A stretch of DNA of 64,000 nucleotides from Neodothiora populina (lineage: Eukaryota): assembly GCF_041146345.1 (NCBI RefSeq), contig NW_027191414.1, forward strand, positions 992,001-1,056,000, in the 5' to 3' direction. The first letter of the stretch is position 1, and each line of letters starts with the position of its first letter. Under the pieces are notes generated by a model. That model ran no database searches, was not told the DNA's origin, and saw only the letters and a program-made list of their open reading frames with translations. Below are positions 34,110 to 47,500 of this stretch, piece after piece. The position numbers were made by a program, and so were the translations under genes.

Positions 34110-36278
34110 CTATACACTAATCTTGTCGTTGAGAGCGAATTGATAGCCACCGCGTTGTGCAGCATCCCAAGGCTCTTCTCCACTCCCCGGACGCTCTCGA
34201 GCGCTGTCCCCTTCTCTGCCGATCACAATGTAATCCCTGACAATTGCCGTGCCATCCTTCAACCACCCCCTCTGCTCCTCTGTACAGCTCTCTGGCGCCA
34301 AGATGTAACACTCCACTTCGGGAGCAGGCAGAACATCGCTCTTCATCCACCAGGTATCTGCTGGACCCTCGGTAGCATACTCGTCTGTGACCTTGATCGT
34401 CCCAGTAGCGATATCCCTGCCGGCAAGGGAACGCATGAATATCTCATATGCTGCCTCGGGCTGATACGACGGAACCAGATGACCAGCTTGGTAGACGCGC
34501 GTGAACGAGAAGTTTCCGTATTGTCGTGTCAGCCCTGCGCTGTGGAATGGACTGATGACGAGTGGGCTATAGCCCGCGTCTATAAAGTCATCCTGAGAGC
34601 CCCAGGGAACCTTGATCGATGTTGCTTCGCCGCTGACCCAGTTGCAGGCGTAGTCTCTATCGCCATAGAACAGACTGACTTTCACTCCGTGATCTAGGAT
34701 GTAGGCAATCTTCTCCAGCATGCCGCCTTTGCCGTAATCGCCGGTTTGGCCGAATGCGGCGGCCACAGCGGAGGCTGCGACGGTGTGATTGACGGGCACA
34801 CCGAGAGCTTTCTGGACCCAGTGCTGGTTCAAGTAGCCTGATAGATACTGGGGTGGGAAAGCATCCGCATATGGATGAGTTATGTCGAACCAGCCAAACT
34901 TCTTGTTCCTGACGTACGCTTCGACTGTCGAGTTGGTCAAGTACTCGCTCGCCTTCGCGCAGTACTCGTTTAGCTTGTCGACTTCACCATAGTCGTTGGG
35001 GTCGGTCTCGAGCTGCAGCCTTCTGCACTCTTCGCCTTGTTCCTTGACACCGCCTGGACGCGTGTATTCGTACATTGCGTGGTAGTACTGATCTTCTGTG
35101 AAAGCCTTGATACCGTAAGTGTTGTTCCACGCGAAGGTGCTGTACGCCAATGCCGAATCTTCGAAGTTGATGCAGCCATTGATGATGCCCAAAGTGTCCA
35201 TATGGAGGTAGTGAACACCCGGGCCGCTAATGGTCCCGTTGGAGATGAGCTCGTTTTGTTTCATGAAGTAGCTGACGAATGCTGGTCCATAGCGTCCACC
35301 ATATGACTCCGTAAATAGAGAAATCTTCTCGTCGTGTGGTTTGTATTGAGGAAATCTAGTTGAGAGATCAGTACGCACGCTATCACGTCGAAGCCGTTGC
35401 CTGAACGGTGGTAAAGATGAATCCAGGCACTTACTCCTCGAACCATGTCTGCGCAAAATGCCAAAGAGCTACGGCGGCATGCGTAGTCGAGTTGGCTGTA
35501 GTACTAGCATTTAGACTACTGCCAGTACCCACGAAGAAGGTGGCATTTTGTTCCGGCACACCATTCGAAAAGTCCGCTACAGCATACTCTGGCTCATCCA
35601 GGTAGGAGTCTCGGGCTGTGTTCACAGTGAAGTTGGTCAGAGTGTCGTACGAGAACCCGACCTGATTTGGCTGATCGATATAGAGCACATTGACCTCTGA
35701 GTTCCTGAGAGGGCCTATCAGAACATACTGCAACTTGCGGGAGAACAAAGGCTACTCACCAAGACCAGGGGTTCAGGTAAGTACTGTTGGAGTCGGCATT
35801 GACGAAACAAGGTCCATTCTCAGCGAGAGCTCCATACATGGAAGATCCACCAGGGCCACCATTGAGCCAAATTGCAAGTGGAGCATTATGAGGATCCTTG
35901 CGTGACTCGAAGAACCAGAAGAACCTAAGAGCAACATCAATCCCTGTGGCAGAATACAAATAAGATTAGCCAGTCCTACGTGTTGATGGGATAGTCTTGA
36001 TTCTCGTGTGGCTCGTCCAGTGTATTTGGGGGGAGATGGACGTATCCACTGTATGAGCGAACCCCAGGAGTGGTTTCACAGATGCCTGGCTACGCGAGGT
36101 CAGTGATAGGCGCCTCTCCAGACTTCACATAGACGATTACTTCTTTGTATGAGATAGTCACTCCCTCATGGAACTTGGACTTGAGCGTTGTGACTCCCTC
36201 AGGTGTCGGAGGGAACTGAGCCGCGGCATATCTCACTACGAGAGCGTTGGCCAATGCTTGACGATAGTTGAGTCTCAT
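34110..36278 (-). CDS. Secreted serine carboxypeptidase (peptidase S10), 5 exons
   Basis: Signal peptide then [59 protein letters not shown], catalytic [21 protein letters not shown]. Introns 36090..36140, 35925..35979, 35705..35759, 35356..35434. Confidence 0.95.
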
Positions 36279-36876
36279 ACTGGAGACTAGAGGCAGCTAC
36301 AATTATCAACAATGCCAGGTGTCCTTGACACAGCTGGACTGCAGAACTCAATGTTATTATCATGGTCGAGGTCATCGTGTCTTAATTCGGATGCCTAGTT
36401 GTGGCTACACTCAAGGTGCCAGGATAGGAAGGTCAAGATAAGGTTCTACTGTACACCATGCCAAAACACAAATTTCTAGGCATCAATGAAGTAAATCTCG
36501 AGGACCACGTTGACTCCTGCAGGATTACGACGGGTGGAGCGAGCATGTAGGACTATACCTGAAGTTCAAAAGCAGTCTGCACATCCCAAGCGTCTTAGAC
36601 ATACTGAACCAGTGTGCCAGAGGACCTGCGTAATGTCTGCTCAACATGTGTAAACATATCGATAGCTACAGCAAAACTCGATGGGTGGCATCACAGTGAC
36701 CTACTTTCACACAACAAGATCAAAGGTGTTTAAATATATAGAAAACATTTGACTCCATTGAGTATCTGGAGATACATGAATATACCATTAATTACAATAT
36801 CGGCGTCGGTATTCCCTCCACCCAATTCTACGTTTCTTGCGAATCATACAGGCCTGTCACTAAGAGGTCTGAACGT

Positions 36877-39800
36877 CTAGAAAGACGAAATGGCAACGGC
36901 GATGACCTGGGCATCACTGTGGCTGATACTGACGGTTGTGCTCTTGACACCCTTCTCCTCGGCGGCTTGCTTGGCTGCACCATGAAGCTACGAGATTTGT
37001 TAGTAATGTGCATTAATAGCAAAGTTGTGCAGGAAACTTACAGTGACGATAGGGGCGCCGTTCTCGTCGTTCAGGATCTCGATATCCTTGAGAGGAGCTC
37101 CGGCGCCTTGTGATGCAACCTTCAAGCTCTTGAAGACTGCCTCTTTTGCGCTCCACTTGCCAGTGAAGCTGGCCTGAGGGTTGGCAGCCTTGCGGCAGTA
37201 CGCAATCTCTCCTTCGGTGAAATTACGCTCTATCATTGTCTCATTCTCAATGTTGACAGCATCGAGAGTCTCGATATCAACACCGGGACTGCTGTTCGTT
37301 GTTGCGTTGACCTTCATGAGCGATTCGACCATGTCGGTCGTGTGCTTGTCACTGATCTTGACGGGGCCCTTGGCGGCGTAGGTGAGCTGGGCCGACTTCT
37401 TGTCCTGGGTCACGCGAGCAGACGGGTTCAAGAAGACGGTGCTCATCTGGTCATCCTCGTACGGCGACTTGTCCTTGGCACGGAACATCGTGTTGTTGAT
37501 GAGGCCGTCGTGGTAGTATCTGTACGCCTTCTTCTGTCTTGCCTCGACACGAGTCTTGTATGATTGGAATTGAGCTTGGTCGAGAGTGGCAAACAGGTAC
37601 TTGGGGTGGATACCAATGGCCTGGGCGCCCTTTTGACCGAAACCGAATGAAGTGACAGAGAAAGCCTTGACTCCGTCAGTCTGGATAGTTCGGCTTGGGT
37701 AGACAATGTAGTCGAATTTCTCCATGACCTGGTCAACGTTGTCTGCATTGCGGTTGCCTGGCACGATACCAGTGTTAAGAACCTGCAGACAACCGTTGAA
37801 CATCCATGCACCTGCGGCACCCTTGGGGTGACCAGTAAGGTACTTCTGGAAGATACCGAGAATGGCGTTGCCCTTCTTACGGCCAAGATGCTTCATCTGT
37901 TGGCAAATGACATCGGACTCGTTCTTGTCGTTGGCAACGGTCGATGTACCGTGGAACGAAGCAACACCGAGATCGTCGATGGTGAGGCCCCAAGTAGCCA
38001 GAGCACCACGAAGAGGAGCAATGCGAGGGTCTTGTTTCCAGAAGTTGTTTCCAAGGCTGAAGAGAGCATCCTTCTCTTGGCGCTTCGCCTCACGCTCAAT
38101 GTGCTGAGCTCTGTCCTCCATATATTCGATCTCATTCAAGTCAGGGTTCTGAGACTTCATGGCTGCAACCTCTTCCTGGAGGTACATGAGCTCCGACTCT
38201 TGCCAAGACTTGATGTATTTCTTGCGCTGGTCGAGCTGCCTCTTACGGTACTTAATATCCAAGAGAGGAGACGGGTACTTGGAGGCTTCCTCACGGGCAG
38301 TGGTGAGCACACCCTTACCTGGAGCGGGGACGGAACGACCAATCTTGTCGGTGGCAGTAGCAGTGAAACCCAAGATACCGTAGATTGGCACACCCATGTC
38401 AAGAGCGAGCTTGGCGTCCATGATGACTTGCATACCACAACCTTGCGATTCCATGAATCCGTTTCTGGTGGTGGTGGTAGGTCTGGACATCTCTTTGGGA
38501 GTACGACCGTGAGCGAACTCGTCTTCGGCGTTGCTAGTAGCCTTCATGTTTGCGAACTCGTAAGAACCTTCCTCCTGGAAGTCATCGAATCCACCAACGA
38601 AGCACATGCGTGCCTTGCCCTCAACGATGGTGTCATAACCAATGTCGATGGACTCAACAGCAGTAGCGCAAGCACCAACGGGAGTCTTGATAGGTCCGGT
38701 CGAGGACATGAGCAACATATTGACCCAAGCACTCATTGTGTTGATGAAAGACTCCTGAAGAATATCCTTCTGCAGAGGCTTGTCGAGGAAACGATCCTTG
38801 TACATGCCACGGAGAGCGGACGTACCACCGATACCGGAACCGATACAGTTGCCCACCTCAGAGATGTGGACATACTTGTAGAACTCATATGGATCAGTGA
38901 TACCGGAAGACAGAAGCGCTTCAGCAGTAGAGACAAGGACATAAAGGGTGACTGGATCGACCTGGCTGATAATGTCCTCGGGAACACCGTACTTCTTGGC
39001 GTCCCATCCGGTGGGCACCTGTCCAGCAACAAGACGATCGAATCTGAGGGCCTTGGGAATGAGGAGAGTAGCTCCCTTCCTCAGCCTGACCTGGTATTCG
39101 CCAGAATCGGGGATCTCGAAGATCTCGACCTTCTCGCCGTGTTGACGCTTAAACTCCTCGGCAGTCTCCTTTGATGTCTCGAAAGGATCCAGATCCTCTT
39201 CGATCTGAATTTCTTGGAGAAGCTGCTTCTTGTTGGGATCGTACCCGTTGAAGAGTTCTGGCTCGATGAGGCGAATGCCAGAATGGTCGAGGATGTGCTT
39301 CTCGTACTTGGCCTTGACATCCTTGTCGTCGACAGGCTCACCTGACTTGGCATCCACCCAGCCGGAGTAGCTCTTGCCCTTCAAAGGACCATTGTGGTTC
39401 TTGATGAGACCCATGATCCAGGCCATTTCGACACAGCCCTCCAAGGAGAACTCGCCGTGAGCTTCCATCTCCCAACGGGTTCTGGAGTTACCCCATGGTC
39501 CGACCTCGGCGAAACCAGTGACAACGACGACCTTCTCCAAGTCGACCATACCCTTGAGATCGCCGTTGAGAGGCTTGACCTCAGACTCCCAGTCGGGGAT
39601 CTTGGGGAAATCGAACTTGAGATTGGCGCGAGGTTGAACAGTGACCTTCTTGTACAAGGCCTCGTGGTCATCACCGTGCACAATCTTGTTCTCGACAGCA
39701 GTCTCGCGGGTGACGGCCTTGCGGATTTCGCTGGTCTCGGTGATGTCCTTGCGGAGCTTGGTCATGAGATCCTTGAGGTTGTCCAAGAATTGAAGACCAC

Positions 39801-42557
39801 CGTTGAGGTCAGCAAAGACAGGCTCTTCTTGGCACAGAGTGACAATCGAAGGAGCCATAAGACCCAAAAGGTTGAAAGCCATCTCTTGCTGGGAGAAAGT
39901 GCGGACACCATACTTCTCGACGCCCTCTGCGACAATGTTGTTGCCGCCCATGAGACCAGTACCACGAGTCCAGCCGATGACAGCACCGCAGATGGTGAGG
40001 TAGTTGCCCCAGCTCTCAGAGTGCCATCTGTTAAACAGAGTCTCGAGAGCGAGCTTGGACTCGGAGTAGAGACCATCGTTGCCGAAGGTACCGTGATTGG
40101 GAGACAAGGGCAGAATGACCTGGGCCGGACGAGTCTCGAATGCGCGTTCAGCCTTTTGAGCCTTGACGCATCCGAGCATTCTGAGCAAGTTGGTCAACAT
40201 GATTCTGTGGGCGAGCTCAGACTTGGAATCAATGTTGTCGATCTCGCGACCGTTTTCAGGGATGGCAGCGAAGGGGACGACGTAGTCGAGATCCCAGCCA
40301 AGACCGTTCTTCTCATCGTAAATGTAGTCGATGAGGTTGTTCACATCCTGCTGACTGCCCTGGTTGAAAGGCACGACAACGAGCTGAGAGCCACGCGAGC
40401 CGAAGCGGGTATACATGGACTGGTAGTATTCTGTGACTTCGCGAGAGAAGCGACTGGTGGTGACAACAACCTTGGCACCACCACTCAGCAGACCCTGCAA
40501 GACCTCAGCTCCGATGGAACCAGCACCAGCGCCGGTCATGAGGGCGTTCTTGCCCTGGAAGGTCACGCCACCCTTTGCGGCTTGCTCGAGGCCCTCCAGG
40601 TAGACGCCGGTGAGCTTCTTGCTGTATTCCCAGCCGTGTTGCTCCTTGCGTTTGAGATGCAAGAAAGGAATGGTCTCGACCTTGCCCTGCTTCGCGGAGG
40701 GGTTGACACGACCATTGCGGCCCTTCTTGTCCTTGCCATTCTCGGAAGGCATGATCTGGCCCTCGTTCATGGATAGAGAGCGCACAATGTTGCTGTAGAG
40801 CTGCTTGATTTGCAGTTGTGACGACTTGGAAAGCTTGTGTTGTTGCCTGATGAGCTTGTAGACGCGCTGCAGGTCGTTCTGCACCTTTGTCCTGTTGCCG
40901 TACTCTGAGATCTTGCCGCCTTCGGCCATCTCACGGACATAATGCTCCAACTTGCGAACACTCTGTCGGGGAGCCTCCTCGTAATTCATGTTACCGCGCG
41001 CATCAATGGTGAGGTGAGGAGCGGTGGGAACACCGACGTCCTTGTATGCAGGGGCGACGTCGAGGACGTCTTTGCAGTTGTCGATGAGTTGTTGACCGAG
41101 CTCCTTGGCGAGCTGATAGGTTTCACCACGCTCAGTAGGACAGTGATCGATGTGGTACTGCATGAACTGAAGGAGAGATGGGTTGGAGCGGTTCATGATG
41201 GCGATGCAGCGGCTGACAATCTCACGGTCGACAGCCTTGAGGCGACCGAAAATGATATCGTAGTACATGCTCAGAGCATCCTGACGAGCCCAGTTCCATG
41301 CCGAGTCATAGATACGCGCCTTGAGAGAGCTGAAAGAGGGTTCGATGCCAGCGGCGTAGAACTCACCGTGCTCGGTGTTCCACAGATCAAGCTGTGCCTG
41401 TAGAGCGGCTGTGTTCTGTGCGCTGGTGATGGCGGCCTTGTCTCCGGCGCGGAGATCCATCTTGAGGTAGCGGGCAAAGAGCTCGAGCTGCTGCTTGAAG
41501 AGAGCACGCTGGTCTTTGGTGAGGGCGTCGAGGGCAGCGGGATCCATCATCATACCACCGGCGCCGGCGCCAGCATCAGCTCCAGCCGCAGGTGTGGCCA
41601 GGCTGATTCCAGTCTGCGAAGCGTAGTTGTTTGCCGTTTGGTCCAACCAAGCCTTTGCGTCGTTCTCGGAGCCCAAACGAGCAGGAGGCTCGGCTGTCAG
41701 ACCAAGCAGAAGGACACCATCCTGACGGCCGTTACCAAGGCCCCACCGCGTCTCGAGATACTTTCGGACTGCGGTGATGTTGAAGCCACCAGGCATCTTG
41801 GAGGACACCATACGGGCGATGAGAGAGGAAGACTGCTTGCCAAGCTGACCATTGAAGGTAGCCTGCATAGCAGCACCAAGCTCATCCAAGGGTGTGTCTT
41901 CCGGCTTTTCAGGTGTTGAGCCAAACTCTTTTCCAAGATCTCCCAGAATTTCGTTTTGAAGTGTGGATTTGCCTGTGGATGCAATTGTTAGCAATTTGAG
42001 ACAGAAGCTCTTCGTCTCGGTTTCTACCTACCTCCGACCAAGTCCTTGATGGCTTTGCTTAAAGGAACGTCGAGGAGGGCCTTCTTCAGCTTCTGTGCGA
42101 CCAATGCTCGTAGGATATCGACAGCTCCGACGGGAGCATCTGGTACTTGTGCTGCTGGGCCGGCACTGGGTGGAGGAGGTGCCGCCGCTGCAGCAGCCGG
42201 CGCAGGAGCAGCAGATGATGAAGCTGCGGGAGCGGCAGCAGCTGTTGCGGGCGCTGGCGCTGCCTCTTCCTCTTCAGGCTCGACATCGTAGTAGATGTCT
42301 TTGGCGTCCTTGTTGTAGCACAGGATTTGTCGTTGGACGGACCTTGCCGCATCGTATGCTTCATATTTGGAGGCGAGTGTGCGTTTTGCCATGACACCGA
42401 GCGTGTCTGCAGGGCCGATTTCGACGATGCGCTCGGTGGTCTTCTCACCGAGAATGACATCTTGCGTCTCAATCCATCTGACAGGCGAGGCGAATTGATA
42501 TGCAAGAAGCTCCACAAGCAGAGTGTGGGCGAGCTCTTGCTCTACCTCGGGACGCAT
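36877..42557 (-). CDS. FAS2: Fatty acid synthase alpha subunit (ACP-KR-KS-PPT), 3 exons
   Basis: [45 protein letters not shown] across intron 41973..42031; [21 protein letters not shown] and HGTST; PPT domain closed by intron 36988..37041, ending [18 protein letters not shown]. Confidence 0.98.
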
Positions 42558-44556
42558 TGTGAGAGAAAGATTTAAGCTCTATAGACAAGTAATGCGGAAG
42601 ATGCAGACAAGAACTAAAGAGTGTGGGAGTGTGATAGACGACAGAATTGGCCTCGCTGCGGACAATGCGGCGTGGACAAAAAAGTCGTGGAAGAATTAAG
42701 TGTCAAAAGAGTAAATATTGATGCTGGAGGATGAAGCTACACGCCTCCAAGAATTTCAGCCGAGAGCTGATGAAACAAGGAAGGGAAGGTGGGACAAAGA
42801 GTCAGGGCGAGTCTCTCTAGTCCTCCACTTCTTCGTCGTGATAAGGGATGAGGGGGATGAGAAGGATTGGGGAGGAGGGTGAGGAGGAGGCGTAGATGGG
42901 TTGGGAGAGACACGACGAGCAGTTGAGATGTGTGCTGCAAGCTGCCTGTAACTCTTTTCCCCCACGAATCTTGAAGCATGCAGCCTGAAGCTCAATTGGA
43001 AAAGCCTACGCTACCTGACCCTACACACACCCACAAAAACTGACCACTCTCGAGCCACTCTAGCCTCCGTAAAGCCACTCGTCCGTCCATCTCTACACCC
43101 AGCCCTGCTCCTCTGAACTAACCGCCCTAGGGAGCTAGGGTCCAACGGGTAGCGGGTCCGTGCCACCGTGAGATTTGGCCAGGAGCACCGGGCCCTTGCA
43201 AATGTCGCGTGGTGTGGTTTATATTCACACCAAGTACACGCCGACTGTTGGTCCTAGTGCTAGGTAGGTTCACCATTTTTTTTTCTCTTGCGCCAAAATG
43301 GCATTATCATGAATGGTGCTGCCTACCGCCTCCATGCGAGACGAAAAGGCGAATAGGTAGATTGGCTATGAACGCATTGAGCATGTCCTCCATCCTGTAG
43401 ACGAACGGGAAAAAGCATTCCAGTTCAACGTTTGTTCAAGATCCCCGCTTTCATCTGAGTACAAATGTAATGCACCAGTAAGCTGTCCAAAAGTACCTAG
43501 GCAAGGTACAGATATTGTAAGGTGAGGGAAGGTCAGTTGCCCGCATTGGTGAAGCTCGGGCGCCATCGCTCCTCCAGTTCCCTAGGTGCTTACCTATCTC
43601 TTGGGAGGCATCAAGCCAACTGTTCATGGCGATGAGATGACATTCAGATGGGTAAGGTACCGAAAGGCCACAGGTCCAACGGCAGATGATAGCTTAGTTG
43701 TCCTTCTCGATAGTTCCCGGCGCAGTGGCGCCAGTACGGAACCTTTTAGTCAACCGCATATTCAATTGCAGCCTGGCTGTGAGGCTTCTCTCCATCTTGG
43801 CGGCGCTAGTTGCCCATCCCTGTCGGTAAGCTCAACCGGAAGGGCTTCGTGGGAACTTTTGCATACGGAGGAGTGAGCTGTTGGCGAGACAGATTGACAG
43901 AGAGAGTCAGAGAGCGCATCTTGACCACCAGCAAGACAGCAAGACAGAAAGACAGGTCGACCCCATCGTCTTCAGGTCTCATCATATCCCCCTCCCCACT
44001 GTTCAGCACCCTCTCCCTCTCTCTTGCATCCTGTTGTTTGTTATACTCCTCCCCTCCAGACCAGTCCTGTTATACCAAACCGGGCTTGTCTGTTCATCTG
44101 CTCCATCCTCTATTCCCATTTATTTCGGGAGTAGGGCTAGCTTCTGGAGCTCCCACTTTCTTGTGTACGACACCTTTTTGATATTTGCCAATCGGGCAGT
44201 CGTCACTCCTTTTCCACAACATCGCTATTTGCGAAGCTTCTGGTGAGTCTCTGCGAGCTTGTCTGATGTGTTTGGTTTCCCCGGTCCATTGTCGATTGTC
44301 AATCGTCAATCGAGTAGCTGTTTGATCCGAGGAAAGTCGTAAATCGTGTGCAAGCTATGGCAACAATTTGTTCGTTTCGAGAGCTTCAGCCACTTGCAGC
44401 ATGCATTCGTTCCTCTCTTTCCCATAACCTCTGTTGTACCCTCTACTGCGGTGGCACGGCATTGGACGATTGCTCGAACTCTAGCCTTTCAATGACTGAA
44501 ACTGACCACGACTCCGCCTCCGCAGACCTATCCAATCCCTCCTGTACATAATAGTC
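42558..44556. promoter_or_regulatory. Shared divergent promoter region of FAS2/FAS1, including a probable FAS1 5'UTR intron (44243..44525)
   Basis: Head-to-head start codons about 2.0 kb apart. GTGAGT donor at 44243, CTGAC branch and CAG acceptor about 31 nt upstream of the FAS1 ATG. Confidence 0.7.
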
Positions 44557-47500
44557 ATGTACGGCTCCGGCTCACAAACCGGTGTCTCGACGCCGCGCTC
44601 GCAGGCCGTCTCTCGACCGCTCCTGCTCTCTCACGGCACGCTTGAATACTCGTTTTTAATACCCACCGCCCTCCATTTCAGCGCTTCACAACTCAAGGAT
44701 GCCTTCTCCGCCACCCTACCCACTCCCACAGACGAGCTTGCACAGGATGATGAGCCTTCATCCGTGACCGAGCTCGTCGCTCGCTTCATGGGCTTCGTCG
44801 CAGACGAAGTCGACGAGGGAGATGATCCCGGCTCATACGAGGAGGTTCTCAAGCTTGTCTTGCACGAGTTTGAGCGCGCTTTCCTCCGTGGCAACGAGGT
44901 GCACGCAATCTCTGCAACTCTGCCCGGCATCTACGAGAAGAAGCTGATCACTACAAAATCATACTATGCCGCAAGGGCAGCAGTCAACAGGCCGATCAAG
45001 CCCCACGAGTCTGCTCTGCTGCGTGAGGCTGCGGACGAGAACGCCTTCATCTACGCCATTTTCGGTGGACAAGGAAACATTGAGGAGTACTTCGAAGAGC
45101 TGAGGGAGATCTACACAACCTACCCCTCCTTCGTCGAGGACTTTGTCACCGCAGCAGCTGCTCATCTGCAGACACTCTCCAGAAACTCACAGGTCGACAA
45201 GCTCTACTCCAAGGGCCTCGATGTCATGCGATGGCTCCACAACAAGGACGCCCAGCCCGACGTTGACTACCTTGTCTCTGCTCCCGTCAGTTTTCCTCTC
45301 ATTGGTCTGACCCAGCTTGCCCACTACGTTGTCACTTGCAGAGTGCTCGGCACACACCCTGGCAACGTCCGCGAGCGTCTGAGTGGTACCACCGGTCACT
45401 CTCAGGGCGTCGTCACTGCAGCTGCGATTGCCGCCTCGCGCAACTGGGAGACCTTTGACAAGGCCTCGAGAGACGCCCTTACCATCCTCTTCTGGATCGG
45501 TTCCCGCAGCCAGCAGGCCTACCCGAGAACTTCTCTGGCGCCTGCCGTCCTCCAGGACTCGATTGACGCTGGCGAAGGCACTCCTACGCCCATGTTGTCC
45601 ATCCGTGACTTGACCCGCGAGGCCGTCCAGACTCACATTGACGCGACGAACCACCATCTTCCTGAGAACCGTCACATCGCCATCTCATTGGTCAACAGTG
45701 CACGCAATTTCGTCGTCACTGGTCCTCCCATGTCCCTCTACGGTCTCAACTTGCGCCTGCGCAAGGTCAAGGCTCCTACCGGACTCGACCAGACCCGCAT
45801 CCCCTTTACCGAGCGCAAGGTTCGCTTCGTCAGTCGCTTCCTCCCAATCACCGCTCCGTTCCACAGTCCTTACCTCTCTGAGGCGGCTGCCCATCTGGAG
45901 GAGGACCTTAAGGAGGTCGTCATTCCGAGCGAGAACCTTGGCATCTCGCTTTTCGACACCAGCAGCGGTAACGATTTGAGCCAAGAGGGACACGCCAATA
46001 TCGTGCCTGAGCTGGTGCGCATGATCACGCAGAGCCCCGTCAACTGGGAGACTGCTACCGTTTTCCCGCGTGCCACCCACATCCTCGACTTCGGTCCTGG
46101 CGGCATTTCCGGTCTCGGTGTGCTCACCAACCGCAACAAGGATGGTACCGGCGTGCGTGTTATTCTAGCTGGCACCATGGATGGCACCAACACCGAGGTT
46201 GGTTACAAGCCTGAGATCTTCGACAGGGACGCCGAGAACGCTGTCAAGTACGCTGTCGATTGGGTTAAAGAGCATGGTCCGAAACTCGCCCGTACATCCG
46301 TTGGTCAAACCTTTGTCGATACCAAGATGTCCCGCATGCTTGGTCTTCCACCTGTCATGGTTGCTGGTATGACTCCCTGCACCGTCCCCTGGGACTTTGT
46401 CGCAGCCACCATGAACGCAGGCTATGAGATTGAGCTGGCTGGCGGCGGTTACTACAACGACAAGGTTATGACCGAGGCCATCAGCAAGATCGAGAAGGCC
46501 ATTCCGGCCGGACGGGGAATCACCATCAACTTGATCTACGTCGCCCCTCACGCCATGGCGTGGCAGATCCCTATGATCGGAAGACTGCGTGCTGAAGGTG
46601 TTCCCATCGACGGTCTCACCATCGGTGCCGGTGTGCCTTCCATTGAGGTTGCCAAAGAGTACATTGAGACCCTTGGCATCAAGCGCATCGCTTTCAAGCC
46701 CGGCTCCATGGAGGCTATCCAGCAATGTATCAACATTGCCAAGGCCAACCCTGGCTTCCCCGTCATCATGCAGTGGACCGGCGGCCGTGGCGGTGGTCAC
46801 CACTCTTTCGAGGACTTCCACCAGCCTATCCTGCAAATGTACGGCAGAATCCGCAAGTGCGACAACCTAGTCCTTGTTGCCGGATCTGGCTTCGGTGCCG
46901 CTGAAGACACTTACCCCTACCTCACTGGTGAGTGGGCCCGCAAGTTTGGCTACCCACCTATGCCATACGATGGTGTCTTGTTCGGCTCGCGTGTCATGAC
47001 TGCAAAGGAGGCATACACCTCGCCCATGGCTAAGCAGGCCATTGTCGATGCCCCCGGCTTGGACGACGTCGACTGGGAGAAGACATACAAGGGCCCCGCT
47101 GGCGGTGTCATCACCGTCCGCTCTGAGATGGGTGAGCCCATTCACAAGCTGGCCACCCGTGGTGTCCTTTTCTGGGCCGAGATGGACAAGAAGATCTTCA
47201 GTCTTGACAAGGCCAAGCGTGTTCCCGAGCTCAAGAAGAACCGCGAATACATCATCAAGAAGCTCAACGACGACTTCCAGAAAGTCTGGTTTGGCTGCAA
47301 CTCAAAGGGCGAGGCTGTCGACCTTGAGGACATGACCTACGCCGAGGTTGTTGAGCGCATGGTCGCCCTCATGTACATCAAACACGAGAAGAGATGGATC
47401 GACAAGTCCCTTGCCAAGTTGACTGGCGACTTCATCCGCCGTCTTGAGGAGCGTTTCACCTCTTCCCCGGGAAAGGGCTCTTTGATCCAGAACTACGCCG

